Shown here one piece after another: positions 46,870-62,441 of a DNA stretch of 64,000 nucleotides (its first letter is position 1; every line of letters starts with the position of its first letter). The notes beneath the pieces were generated by a model that had not been told where the DNA came from, did not search any database, and saw nothing but the letters and a program-made list of their open reading frames with translations. Origin of the DNA: the human T2T-CHM13v2.0 reference genome, Homo sapiens; assembly GCF_009914755.1 (NCBI RefSeq), contig NC_060940.1. One strand, given 5' to 3'. The translations under genes and the position numbers were made by a program.

Positions 46870-49454
46870 CTTGCTCCTTTGTTTCTAATGTGGGGCTCCT
46901 GTGGTCCTCTAGTCCAGGTGAACAAGTCTTTGAAATGCACGATCAGGGGCAACCTTTTGGGTAGCTTTTTGGAGCCCAAGATAATGAGCGGGCTTTCCTG
47001 GGCAGGGGCCAGAGGGCTGGGGAGGCAGAAGGCCATGGTTCTCTATGTTCATCTCAGGCTCCCAAGCCTGTCTTCAAGATAAACTGTAAAGTGTGCTCAC
47101 TCTCCCACTGCCCACTCAGACCCCCAGGTGATGTGTCCGTTTTCTGGAAGTAGAGCGCAAACTCAGAGAGAGGCCGGGGCTGGAATTCCAGCTCTGCGGC
47201 CCCATCTGCATGAGTGTCCCTCTCCTTGCGGGTAAATTGAGGGCAAGGATGGAACCTTCCGCACCTTGTAGGGTGAGAACGAAGTGAGAAGTGAGCAGAT
47301 ATGCCCCAGGCCTCTCGCAGGGGCCTGCGCGTGCCGTGCCCTCTGTGCTTTCAGAGTGTTCTCTCATTCAGCAGTTAGGCATCGTGCCTGAAGCATGCCC
47401 TTATGGGGCACCTCCTGGGTACCAGGCATTGTGCTAAGGGTTGGGAGTGTGGAGACAACAGCATGGGAGAAGAGAGTTATGGACAATCGGTTCCAGTGCC
47501 CGCAAACGAGGGTGACTCAGGGTGGGCACTCGTGGGAAGCAGCAGGGTCCCTGGAGAGAAGGCTGCTGATCCAAGAATGGGTCCGCTCAGGCCAGGAGGA
47601 GAAAGCAGGGAGGAGCTTTCTGGGCAGAACACAGCATTGGGAAAGTCCGAGGGGCCTGGTGAGGCCTGGCACACGCTCCATAGGCCTCAGGTGTATTGAG
47701 TGGGCTGGGGGCTGGTGGAATTGTGGAGGGCGGACGCAGTGAGCTGCCTGCATGCTGGCCTTGGGACTTTGGACTTCAACATGGAAGCCGAATTACAGGA
47801 AGGCCCCATGAACGTCTTGTTCTTTCCTACTCCGCTTTGAGAGGACCTAATTCTTTGCCCCGATTTGGATCAACCTTAGGCCCAAGAACCTGGCAATGGC
47901 TGAGCTGATCAGGAGTGTGGGGCCCAGTTCGTTGCCAACAGGGAAATGTCCTCTGTCCCTCAACCTTTGACGTTGGTGGGGAAACCCAAAGGGGCTGGCA
48001 GCCCTTGGGGTCATTCTGGACTAGAAGCATCTAGACCCAAGATAATGCAAAGAATTGTCACGTATAGGAAAACTGGGATCAGCCCAGGCCAGTAATCAAA
48101 ACAGCATGTTGGAAGTTCTACCTTGGGCTCTGCCACTTGCCTGCTGTGTGACCTTGGTCAAGTAACTTCACCTCTCTGAGCTTTTGTTTTTCATCAGTAC
48201 AATGGGGCAGATAGCGGTACCAACTCCATGGGCTTCTGTGAAGGATTCAGTGAGATAATGCACATCTGGTGTTAGCCTTGTGTCTGACACAGAGAAAGTA
48301 TACAGGAAAAACAGAGGGCTCTTATTACTGCCGTTACCACTGTCATTGCTACTGTTACCAAGATTACAGAGGAGGGGACCTGACTACACCCAAGGTCTGA
48401 GGGGCCAGAGAGGGCTTCCCAGGGCAGGTGACGTCAGGCTTTGGAGTCAGACCTTCTTAAGTTCAGGCTTTGCCTGAACTGTGGATTCACAGTTCTTCAG
48501 AGAACTCACTATGTGTGACATTGGGCAAGTTAGTTATTGAAATTAAGTTGAGCATGTTATTTACATTCTGATTACGTTAGTTAAACTCTACCTGGAAAAT
48601 GGGATAATAACACCCGACAGCCAGGCTGCCGTGGGAGTATCAGAGCCACCAGGCCAGTTCTGTTTGAACATTTCCCTGAATGTCTTGGAGGATGGGATGG
48701 GGAGGGATGAGGAGGGCCTTCTTTGGGGTCCTCCTGTCTGCTGCACCCTTGACCTTGTCTGGTGTCTGACAGCAGCAGCAGGTAAAGAGCAGGCCTCAGT
48801 GATCTCCTGCATTTCCTCTGGCCCTCACTGGGAGCTCTTGCCTTGCCTGACAGTTCACCAAGTACTGTGTACTATCTTGTGCAGAAATCATGAGCAGGAG
48901 GAAGAACAAACCACTTCCTCTACAACCTTCAGATTTATCAGACACAACTTTTGACAGTTTCAGTTTAAAGAGAATTTCAAAAGAAGATGTTGAAAGCAAT
49001 AGGGAAATAAAGCGGCCCCTGGCCTCAGCTCTCTGCTGCTTCCACATTTGAGACAAAGGCGCCGCAGGGATGCTGGGAGAGAGCCCCAGCGGTTCAAGAG
49101 GTGCCCCATCCAGGCGCCCCGTCCAGGCAGCTTGGGTCCAGAGCCTTCTTTGCACGTGCAGCCTGCTGGCTGTGGTGGCTGGGGTTCTGGGCATCTGCAG
49201 GGTGCTTTTCATGTCCTGGGAGTAGTGGCGTTTGCACAGAGGCCGGGTCACAGAGACAGATGTTTCAGAAGTTTGACCTCAAAACAGCTTTCTTTTCCCT
49301 TGGGTTGTCTGGAGAAAGTGCTAAAAATAAGGCTGGATCTGAGCAGGCGCTGCTGACAGGCCACCTGGAGGTTCGAGTCCACCACGAAGGTGGAGTCTTG
49401 GGGTTATACTGGCTGGAGCCATAGGAAATTGAGATTTAAAAAAGCTATTAAAAA

Positions 49455-49594
<140 letters not shown>

Positions 49595-49747
49595 TAGAAA
49601 ATGATTAAATATTGGTTCCATATAGTTTGTAAGTAAACACAATTCTTGACTTCCTCATGTCATCTCTTCGCTGTAGCCCTGAAACTCCTAAGATCAGTAC
49701 AAAAAGAAATCCTTTCTTGGGAAAGAAAAGGGAGTGTTATGATTGGT

Positions 49748-50412
49748 GTACATACACATAGGCACACACATATGCATACACACATGCACACAGGCACAAA
49801 CGTGCATACACACATGCACACAGGCACACATGTGCGCACAAACATGTGCATACACACATGCACACAGGCACAATGCGTGCATACAAATATACCCATATGC
49901 ACACACACGTACACATAAATGCATGTAGACATACTTGTGCATATACACACATACATGCATACATATGTACATATACACGTATACACATAGGCACAATACA
50001 TGCATATAAATATACTCACATGCGCACACACATACATGTACACATACATGCACACATAGAAATACATATACACATACCATATATACTTGCTTGTACACAC
50101 AGGCACAATATATGCATATAAATGTACCCACACGCACACATATGCACACATAAATATGTATAGGTGCACACATATGTATACATGTATGTGTATACATGTG
50201 CATATGCATATACACGTACAAATGCATACACACATACATGTACATGCACATACATTTGTACATGCATATGTACACATACACATGTATGCAGACATGCACA
50301 CAGATACATAGGCATACATATCCACATGTGCAGACATGTAATACACATACCAGTGTACACATACACACATGTGCACACACACATGCATACACAAATACAC
50401 ACACACACACAC
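49748..50412. repeat. ~665-bp degenerate (CA/TA/TG) purine-pyrimidine repeat; continues 50836-50960
   Basis: Read directly from the sequence. Confidence 0.95.
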
Positions 50413-50419
50413 AGTTATA

Positions 50420-50832
50420 CAGTAGTCCACTCTCATCCTTGGGGGATATGTGTCAGGATTCCCAGTAGATGCCTGAAATGGTGGAGAGTACTGAAACCTA
50501 CATAGACTCTGTTTCATCCTACGCGTACATACTGGTGATAAAGTTTAATTTATACATAAAATAAGGGTGACTTGAACACAAGCACCATGATACCATGGCA
50601 GTGGAATTGATTACAGAGAGGGCTGCTGAGTGACTCACAGGCAGCTAGGACATGCAGTGTGGACAAACTGGACAGAGGGAGGACTCACGTCCTGGACAAG
50701 ATGCAGCAGGACAGTGTGGGATTGAAGACTAAAGAATTGTCTGGAATTTTCCACCTAATCTTTTTAGACTGCGGTTGACTATGGGTCACTGACACTGCGG
50801 AAAGTGAAACCTCAGCTCAGGGGGCACTGCTG
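50420..50832 (+). mobile_element. MER44/Tigger7-family (TcMar) element
   Basis: cagtagtccactctcatcc start after TA; gatgcctgaaa, gataaagtttaattt, cttgaacacaagcac, ggaattttcca; end gggggcactgctg. Confidence 0.8.
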
Positions 50833-53800
50833 CAGGTGCACACACAGATTCACGGACATGTACATGCATATGCACTCAATGTATATGCCGTGTACACACA
50901 CACTCACGCACATGCACATGTGCTCTCAGTATACACATGTATGCACGTGCACACAGGTACATCCTCACCCGCCATCTTTGAAATCTCACTTATTGCATTT
51001 GTGTTTCTGATGTATATGTAACTTTGGGCAAGTTGTGTGACGTCTCTGCCTCAGTTTCCTCGTCTATAAGATGAGATTAGCAGCAGTGTTTATGACCTGG
51101 AATTGTGGTCAGGATTCCATGAGAGGATGTATGAACCAACTTGAGAGCAAGGCTCAGAACCCCAGAAGTGCTTCGTGAAGATGAGCTGTTCGTATTTCCA
51201 GTGTCCTTCATGGTGGCTCATCTGGCCGCCCGTTCTGGTATCCTGTGTGTGGCGTGCCCCATGCGTGGAGGAGTGGCCCATCTCCCCAGGGGTCCCCTGG
51301 GTCTTGTAGGCACTGATCACAGCCACTCACTTGACACCGTTGAGTGTCAGCTACATGCCATGCCCTGTCCTAGGGTGCCCCAACATGGGCCCTGCTCTCA
51401 GGAACCTGAGCATTCACTGGGGGTGGCACCCGCAAATGTGTCAGCCAATCACCAGAGCCCCTTCAGAGGTGGCAGGTGCTAGGACAGTAGAGGGGCAGGG
51501 TGAAGGGGTGGAGAGATGGGAGGCCCCTCAGGAGGTGGCCTGGAGGCAGGAGCTGATCCTGTGCAGATGTGGAGAGGCCGTTGGGATGGTGAGTGCAGAG
51601 GCCCTGGGGTGGCTGAGGTGCACAGTGGGGTGTGGAGGCTGGAGGGACATCCAGGGGCACATCGTGGCATCTGTGGTGATCTGCAGCCTGCGCCCAGTAC
51701 TTTGTCCTGTTCCTTTCGGGGCTTGGCCACACCGCAGCTGCCCAGTGAGTGTGTGAGGGGCTGGTCTGTTTAACTGCTTGCCCTGAAGGTGCGAGGAGAG
51801 CCTGTTCGCCTTGCATCCAGTGGGCCAAGCTTACATAGATCCCATCTCCTCTGCATACCCTCAGCATCCTGATCTATAAAATGGGAGTGAATATAGCACC
51901 TTCAGCCACACCACCAGCCTGCCTGCGGCCCCTGCCTCCTGCCCGGCCTCCTCTGAGGTCAGTGCCTTCAGCTCCTGCTGCACTGGTGGCCACCGCCTGC
52001 AAGTGCTTATGTCGGCCTCTGTCTCTGCAGGACGACGTGAACAGGCTGCGGCTGTCACTGACGTGTCTTCCTTCGTGTTTGCCGTGGGGGGCATATAATT
52101 GCATTCCTCATGAGGGAATGACACAGAAAGGGCAGGGGGTGTCAGCAGGGGCCGCTCTGTAATTTCCATGTCTGGGACGGATTTCAGGACTGAGCTGTTT
52201 TCCTCTTTGACCCGGCAGAGGCTGTTGCCCAAGTCAACAGTGGTGCGTTTTTGAATTTGTCTTTGTTGGTTTTCTTTTTCCCTTTCTTCTTCTTTTTAAA
52301 ATAGGTCTTTTTTTTTTTTTTTCCATCCTATGAAATAAAACTGGAGACTTGGTTGTAGTGGGTAAGAATTAGCAGTTCCTGTCCTTTTGGTGTGGGAGTT
52401 GGGCGGGGGTTGACTTAAATATTTATTTCCCATTAAGGGATTCATGGGCTTGGACGCTTGTGTTGGAATGGGGTGATCTCAAATCTCACTCATGATTTTC
52501 GACCCCTGTAGGACTTGGGCCTGCCTTTGGGGGACGCGGGGACGCAGGGACGCATTGAGCAGAAGCTGCAAGCGGATGACCCATGGGCCAAGTCAAGTCT
52601 GCTGACGTGTTTTACTTGGCCCACACAGTGGTTTTTTTTTTTTTTTTTTTTCTTAAAGCTTCAGTAAGTTGTCTGCCTTTAAAGTTGGGAGCATTCCCCT
52701 AAAAAGTTCCGGATATCCATTTTCTAATAATAACAACAGAAGCAAACATTTCTATGTGACTTACCACAGGCCTGGCTCAGCTCTAGACGACTCCCATCCC
52801 TTTGCTCCTGGGATCCCCAGACAGTTCCGAGGTGGTGCTTCCTGTGATCATCCCCATTCTACAGCTAAAGAAGCAGAGGCAGGCCTTTAACCGGGCACTC
52901 CTGGCTGTGCCCATGTTCCTGTGTGGCCACCCCTTCAGGCTGGGCACGGCCTCTCCACTCCCCCAGCCTCCTAGCCCACTGTACTCAGGTTCCCCCCTGC
53001 TCAGAGCTTGTGGGCGTGGACTTTGTACCCCCCGGGCTTGGAGAGGGCAAGGTGACTGTGGGAGTCCAGCTGCTGCTCCTTAAGTTGAGTTGTCTGTCAC
53101 TGACTTACCCTCCCTCCCTCTCTCCCTACTGTCTCCATTCTTCTCTTTCCCCCTTCTTTCTCCTGCACCCTCTTTTTCCATTCCTCCCTTCCCCCTTCCT
53201 TTCTCCGCTCTCTCTTTCCTTCACTCCCTTCCTCCCATTCATCTGGTGCTTACCGGGGGCCACCAGGTAGGCACGTCGCACACTACTTCTGCTTCATGTG
53301 AGGGGTTCATGGTGGCTTCTCCCTACCTTCAGACCACACCTCTGGTGGGAGGTGCTGCGTGAGGATCCCAGGGGTGAACTGAGTCAGGTCAGAGGAGCAG
53401 GGAGCCCCAGCCCCTGGTGTCTTCTTACTGTGTGGTCTCTTCCGTGTCACCGCACTTCTGTGGAAGGGGAATGATGGGGGAAGTGGAGGAACCACTGTCC
53501 GCCTGCGGAGGGGCCTCAGTGTTGGCCGTGCTCATGGCGCCCTCCTCCTGGGGCTCCCTCTCCTCTGGTCCTGCCTCTCCTGCACGCCCTTCCTGCCTCC
53601 TTGGTGCCAGGGGAGCCAGCCCAGGACAGTCTCTGTGCCTAGGCCCTGCCAGCCTGGCTGCCCTGCCTCCAGCCATGGGGGGCGGGCGGGGAGGGAGTCG
53701 ACCAGTGCTTGTCTTTGCAGAACTGCTGGTGGACTGAATGTGGTTCTGGGGGTGGCCAGGCCTGAGGGTAACTCATTTTGGAAGGTTTGGGATGTCACTT

Positions 53801-54312
53801 CACTTAAGGAGCCTTCAGCAACATGGAGTTTAAGTGGCCCTCTTCACCGTGGCCTTGTGGCTTCATGAATGGAGCTGCTGTGGTCAGCATGGCTGGCCCT
53901 CTGGAGAGGAGGGTGGGCCATGAGGAGAAGATGCTGTGTCTGGAGGCCTTAACCCTTTCCTCCCTTCTCTCCCTCCCTCCCTCCTGTCTCTTTCTCTCTC
54001 TGTCTCTTTCTCTCTAGGTGCATAAAAAAAATTGCTTTCAGATAAAGTTGACATGCAATAAACTGCATATTCTCCCTTTGCTTTTAAAATGATGATCTGT
54101 TTCAGCCATGCAAAGCAGGGTATAAAATAATATTTCAGTGTAACCACTCAGCGGAAGAAATAAACCATTCCAGTTGCAATACCTGATGTACCGTTCTCTG
54201 ATTTCAAACCCTTCCTTTTCTCTGCCCCGACTTTGATGTTTATTCTTGTGCATATTTTTGTACTTGTACAACTACATACTCTTATAGAACACTCCATAAT
54301 GTTTCCTAGATT

Positions 54313-55387
<1,075 letters not shown>

Positions 55388-55984
55388 ATGTTTCCTAGAT
55401 TGTAAAGTTTCATATAAATAGTATCATTACTTGGGCCTTCTTGTGCAACTTGCCTTTTTAGTTTGCTTACTTTCTGTATATGAGATCCATTGTATGAAGA
55501 AGCCGTGGCATATTTATTTATGCATTCTGTTGATGGTCTTCTAGATTGCTTCTAGATTTTTGCTGCTGTAAACAATGCCACAGTGAACATCTTCATAGAT
55601 AATCTCCATTTACAGGAATCCAAGAGTTTCTCCCATTTCCTGTTTCTTCTCCCTCCCACCCCTTCTTTCCTTTTGTCCTTACTTCCCGACGTCAGCCAAG
55701 TTCAGCTTCTCAGGCTCCCTAAGGATCTTTAGGAGACCGTGAAGATGAATGAAAAGACCCCAGCCCCAGCGTGGAGGTCAGGGCTCCTGGGTTTCAGCCT
55801 CAACTTGGTGGACCTCTTTGGGCTTCATCTATAGTAGGACCATTTTTATCTCGTGGGGCTAATTCATGCCGCGTTGAGCTGAGCACCTGGGCATATGGTT
55901 GATGCTTGAAAAATGGCAGCTGGTTGTGTCTATCTTCTGATTTTGAAGATACACATCGGGCTTGGAAATGTCGGCCCTGAACTC

Positions 55985-56280
55985 TTTTTTTTTGAAATGG
56001 AATCTTGCTGTGTTGCCCAGGCTGGAGTGCAGTGGTGTGGTCTCGGCTCACTGCAACCTCAGCCTCCTGGGTTCAAGTAATTTCCTGTCCCAGCTTCCTG
56101 AGTAGCGGGGATTACAAGCTTACACCACCACACCCACGCCTGGCTAATTTTTATATTTTTAGTAGAGACAGGGTTTCACCATGTTGGCCAGGCTCGTCTC
56201 GAACTCCTGGCCTCAGTTGATCTGCCTGCCTTGGCCTCCCAAAGTGCTGGGATTACAGGCGTGAGCCACCGCACCTAGCC
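55985..56280 (-). mobile_element. Alu (AluS-like)
   Basis: Antisense dimer. Confidence 0.93.
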
Positions 56281-58149
56281 TGAATTCTTAAGGGGTAGAT
56301 ACAGGGCAGGGTATGGACTGTGCATCCAGGTCCCCTCCTTTCCCACTGAAGGCAATGGCTGCCCTCCCTGTGTGAAGGCGGCTGGACTGTCGTCATCAGC
56401 ACTCAGAACTCCTTGCTCCTGCATGTAAGACTCCGGGATCATATAATATTTAAAAATGCAGCAGCTTAAACACAGCAGAAGCTTGTTTGTTTTCTCTCGT
56501 ATAAAGGAAATCTAGGGTCTAAGTCGTGTGAGGGTTGCCGTGGCTGGCCTGTGGCTTTGAGGGCCTAGGGCCCCTCCATGTGGCTGCTCCTCCGTTCTTA
56601 GCACCATGGGCCGAGAGAGGCTCAAGTTCCTGCCATTTTGCCTGCCTTCCAGTTAGTGGGAAATGGGATCTTACCATTTCGTTTGCATTCCAGTTAGCAG
56701 AAAGTGGGAGTGGCAGGGGAGTGGAAAAGGACTTCTGCCCTGTTAAGGTGACTTCTGCTTTCACCTTACTGGCCAGACCATCATGTGGCATCCCCGGCTG
56801 CAAGAGCATCTGGGAAATGTAAGTGGGAGCCATGAATCCCACCCCACAGCAGGATTTTTATTATTGAGAAGGGAGAGGAGGCCAGAATAGGGTGTTGGCA
56901 TGGGCCACGCTAGCCATCTCTGCCACTGCCCTTCCCCCCCACCCCAGAAAGTATCCCAGGGCCAGTCTCCACTTCACTCTTGGGAAGGCGAAGGCTGGTC
57001 AGGGAGACACATTGCGTGGGCATTCCCTCAAGCTTCCGGAACAGGCCATCCTTTGAAAGCCACTCACATGTAGCACAGTGGAAGGAAGCAAGGCTTTTAC
57101 AGGGGCAGAGGGAGTGGTAAGGTATCAGCAAGCCGTAGAGTAGAACAGGGAGCCGCCAGTTCTGCATGGCGCCAGCAGCTCCTGGGAAGGGGTTGTAGGG
57201 CCGAGATTTTGGCGTCCTGTATGGAGAGGAGCAGCCTGCCGGAGAAGATAGTGAGCTCCCTGAGAAAGCAGGTGTGCAAGCAAAGGTCAGATGGACATGT
57301 GTCAGTCAGGGAGGCCACCGAGTGCGTTCTAGATCCAGAAAGCACATTCATGGAATTCCATTGAGGAATTATGGAAGGGATCTCATGCAGGGATGGTGAA
57401 TGCACAGACCATGTGTGGTCCCCTCCACCCTCCAGCCCTTGTTGGTCCTCCTGGTGCCCTGCAGAGCCGCAGCCACCCCAGAGCCTCCCGGTGGGAAGAA
57501 GTTGGCACCTGAGATAAACCCATTTGCTTTTCCCACTTGAATTCAGTTCTCTTGTTCCTATAGGTGTGGACGTTGAGGGCCAGCCTGGAAGCGCCATATC
57601 CAGAGGCACTCAGGGAGGGGAGCAGGAGACCCAGGGCTCTGGGATTCAGGTCCCTCTGTCACACCCTGCCCTTCTTCTGGGTCTTTCTTCCCCACCTCCC
57701 AGCCAGAAATTGCCTCCTGGAGCCAGCCCAGCCTCGTCTTGTTCATTGGAGCTCAGTTGGAGACCCGTCCTCACCCGAAGCAGGGTGAGAGGACAGCACC
57801 TGCCACCTTTAAGTCTGGGCTTTGCTGGACGCCTAGGAGAAGCCGGGTCCTCAGGCACTCGAGTGGGAAGTGAAAGTGTGCACCAGCTCTTTAGTTCTGC
57901 TATTGACCGGACAGGGTTTTTCCTGGGGGGAGGGGGAAGGAGCTGCTGTGTTTTCTTTGCTTAATCTGGCCTTGCCCCACAGAGAAAACACATGCGTAGC
58001 CTCCATCCTGTTTGTAAAGAGGGCGGTCAGCTACTCGAAGTTGCTCGCCTGGAAAAACTGGGAAGATGTCATCTCCTATGGTAAGGAGGTGGGGGCTACA
58101 GGTAGCTGAGGTGGGCAATGAATGTCTTGAGGGACTGTCAGCATGTGAC

Positions 58150-58650
58150 CTTTTTTTAAATGATGATAAAATACACGTAACATAAAATGGGCCATTTTAA
58201 CCAGTTTTAAGTGTGCAGTTCATTGAGTACGTTCACATTGTTGCACAACCATCACCCCCATCCATCTCCAGAACTTTCTCATCTTCTCAAACTGAAACTG
58301 TCCCCATTAAATGTTAACTCCTAGTCCCCCTCCCCCAGCCCCTGGCAGCCACCATTCTCTCTTCATTTTCTATGACTTTGACTCCTTTAGGGACCACATA
58401 TGAATGGGTTAATATAGGATTTGTCTTTTTCGTGTCTGGGTTATGATTATTATTATTTTGCTTTTTTTGTTGAGGTGAGATTTACATAACATAAAATCAA
58501 CCATTTTAAAGTGAAGAATTCAGTGATATTTAGCCACTACCACCTCTGTCTAGTTCCAAAACATCGTCACCCCAGAAGGAAATCCTGTACCCGTTAACAG
58601 TCACTCCTCTTTCCCCCTACCCCCGGCTCTTGAAAACCAACATATGACTT
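58150..58650 (-). mobile_element. Two L1M 3' fragments
   Basis: taacataaaat...ccattttaa...gtgcagttca; ccagcccctggcagccaccattct. Confidence 0.75.
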
Positions 58651-58793
58651 TAAATTTGATTTGCATTTGCATATATTAGGCCCTCTACAAATGTATGCTG
58701 AATGAATGAAAGAAAATCCTGGCCAGCTGAGAAATAATGATGAAAGCTTGGATTTCTTGAGTGCCTACTTTGTGCCAGGTCCACATAAGCATG

Positions 58794-58950
58794 TGTGGTT
58801 CTCAGCCCTGGCCGCACAATGGGATCACCTGGGGATCTTCGTAACCCCCAAAACCCAGGCCCCACCCCAGAGACGCTGATGGCTTTGGTCTGGGGGAGGT
58901 CTGGGCCATAGCCTTTTCCGAGCGATTCTAACATGAGAGTGAGTGGTAGG
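58794..58950. mobile_element. MER5A-like hAT element
   Basis: gtggttctcagccctggccgcac...atcacctgggga...caggccccaccccagaga...gattctaa. Confidence 0.65.
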
Positions 58951-59077
58951 CAGTATTTCCTTGGGTCATAGCAGTCCTTTGGGGTAGGTAATATTATCTC
59001 CATTTTGTGGATAGGGAAACAGGTTATAGAGGTCAGGTAACTTACCCAAGCTCTCTCAGCTTCAAATCTCCATCTGA

Positions 59078-59467
<390 letters not shown>

Positions 59468-60424
59468 TTATGTGTTTGCTATGGGGTAAAATAATTAAAA
59501 ACTATCTAATTGGGATTTATGGGGTGCCAGCTGTATGCCAGGCACTGATTCACGTTCTCTCATTTTACCTTTACAGCCACCTTGTGCAAGGGGACTGTTA
59601 TGATGACATCAGTTTCCCCAACATTGTTGGGAAAGGACGGGGGTGGTTTGCCTCACTTATCATGGAGGGAGTCTCCCCTTGGCCCTCCTGGTGGGGACCT
59701 CAGCTGAAGCAGAGTGGGAGAGAAGCCTGTGTGTGATGTCAGGGTGGGGTCCAAAGTTGAGGCTGAATGCAGTGTTTTCACGGGATGGCTTTGACATCGG
59801 TGAGAGCTGCTCTGCCCAGTTTGAACTAGTGGTGGGCCATTGAATGGAGCTGGAGAAGCTGTGCACACCTCAGGGCTTTGGCCCGGCTGTCTCCCTCAGC
59901 TGCACATGGTTTGTCCCTCCTATTTGCGTTTGAGATTTTTGATGGCTGTGGGACTCATGATTTATTCAACAAATATTGTTGAGACCTGATAGCTGGGCGC
60001 CGTCTGGGGCTCTTAGGAATATGCGGTGATGAGACAGGCACAGTCTCCATTATCCTCATGGTCTGGCAGGTGGTACGGATTGTTGTGTCACCCTCATCTG
60101 GGTGTGCCGGGCCCTGTCTCTGCATGAGCTCCCTCATTCCAGCCTCATGGCAGGTGTACAGGTGAGGGCCTTGAGCGACTGTGTGTAACACATGAGGACA
60201 GGGCCGCTCAGGAAGGCTGAGAAGCTTTCCCAACGTTACACAGCTTGTGAGAAGCGGAGACTGAAATTGAATGTGAGCTGATGGCTTCAGAGCTTGACTA
60301 AGTAACACTGACAGATAATTATGAAAGAGGAAGTCCAGGGAGCATCTGCGTGGGATGGGGCCATGCCAGGGCCAGAGCGGCTCCCAGAGGGTGCTGTTTC
60401 AACTGAGGTCTTGGGGGGATGGGT

Positions 60425-61170
<746 letters not shown>

Positions 61171-62383
61171 CATAGCAGGGGAGAGTGAGGCTGGTGGGCA
61201 GGCAATCTAAGGCCTGGAGGTGAGTGGGTGCTTGGCTTTGGAGGGGTGCTGGGCGCCTAAGTACCTGGAGGAGGAGCTCCTGGAGGGGAGGGTGAGACAG
61301 CAGAGGGCCTTTTAAGTCATGGGGCAGACTGGGAGTTGGTCACCTGCTAAGTAGCTTCTGGAGAGAGGACCTCTGTTCCCACTTGAGCCTGGTGGACATG
61401 CGTGTCCCAGGAGGACGGTGTGTGTTGGGGAAGCCCCTGCCCCTCCCCCACCTAGGAGCTTCCCTTTCACAGTGACAGGAAGAGGGAGAGCTAGGAGCAT
61501 AATGTGCTTTGGGCAGGAAATGCAGGCTGCATCTTCCCATTGCTGGAGAAGGTGACAAACCCGGGCTTCGGAGTCACTGGGGCTGGGTTTGAATCCAGAC
61601 TCCACCACATCCTAAGCTGAGCCCGTTCCCAACTGTAAAATGGGGGTGAGATAGGGCCTGACTCACAGGGTCAGCCCTGGGGTCAGCGAGGCAGGTCATG
61701 GGACGCTGTTGGTGCACAGGCATGCCTGCTTGCTCGTCCGTTCAGCAGATGGCGGTGGCGCGTCCACTGTGCACCAGGCACCATTGCAGGCACGGAGCAA
61801 AGCAGGCATCATCCTGGCCTACTTGGAGCCCCCATTCTACTGGAGGAGGGGAAAATGAACACGGAAATATAGAATCTTGTCTGCTGCCACTAAGTGCTGT
61901 GGAGGAAACCATCAGACGAGGGAGGACAGAAGTATTGGTATGAATGGGGAGGGTGTGGCGTCTGTGTGTGGTGGCCTTTGGAATAGGGTGACCAAAGAAA
62001 ATCTGGATGAGAGGTGACACTTGAGCAGGTTTGGAAAAGGTAAGGGAGGAAGCTGTGCATGTGCAAAGGCCACGGGGCAGCGGCTAAAGGAGGTAAAGGA
62101 GCCATCCACAGCATGTGCAAAGGCCCTGGGGCAGCAATTTACCTGGTTTTTTTTCTAGGAATGCAAGGAGGTAAATGTGGATGGAGCAGAATGTGCCTTG
62201 AGGAGGGTGGAAGGAGGTGAGCTCTGTGAGTCACTAGTGGGGTCAGATGGTGTAGGGCCTTGTAAGAACTTTGGCCGTTAACTCTGAGGGAGAGGAGAGA
62301 GCTGTGTCTGCTCTAATACATTCAGGAAAGTGGCAGCTCTGAAGACCGAAGTGCCTCCTGGCTTGCCTCTCTCCCTCCCGCAG

Positions 62384-62441
62384 CCTCTTCCTCTTCCTCT
62401 TCCTCTTCCTCTTCCTCTTCCTCTCCCTCTCCCTCTCCCTG
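62384..62441. repeat. Pure pyrimidine (CTCTTC)n(CTCTCC)n tract
   Basis: Read directly from the sequence. Confidence 0.9.

Noticed and set aside
49660-50517. Cys/Val/Tyr/His-rich ORFs up to 285 aa (similar at 1506-1972)
   Set aside because: Translations of dinucleotide-type microsatellites.
54082-54207. C/D-box snoRNA-like pattern (ATGATGA ... CTGA with weak terminal stem)
   Set aside because: Short motifs that occur often by chance; no recognisable rRNA/snRNA guide; adjoins L1-like sequence. It would need snoscan/Infernal and small-RNA support.
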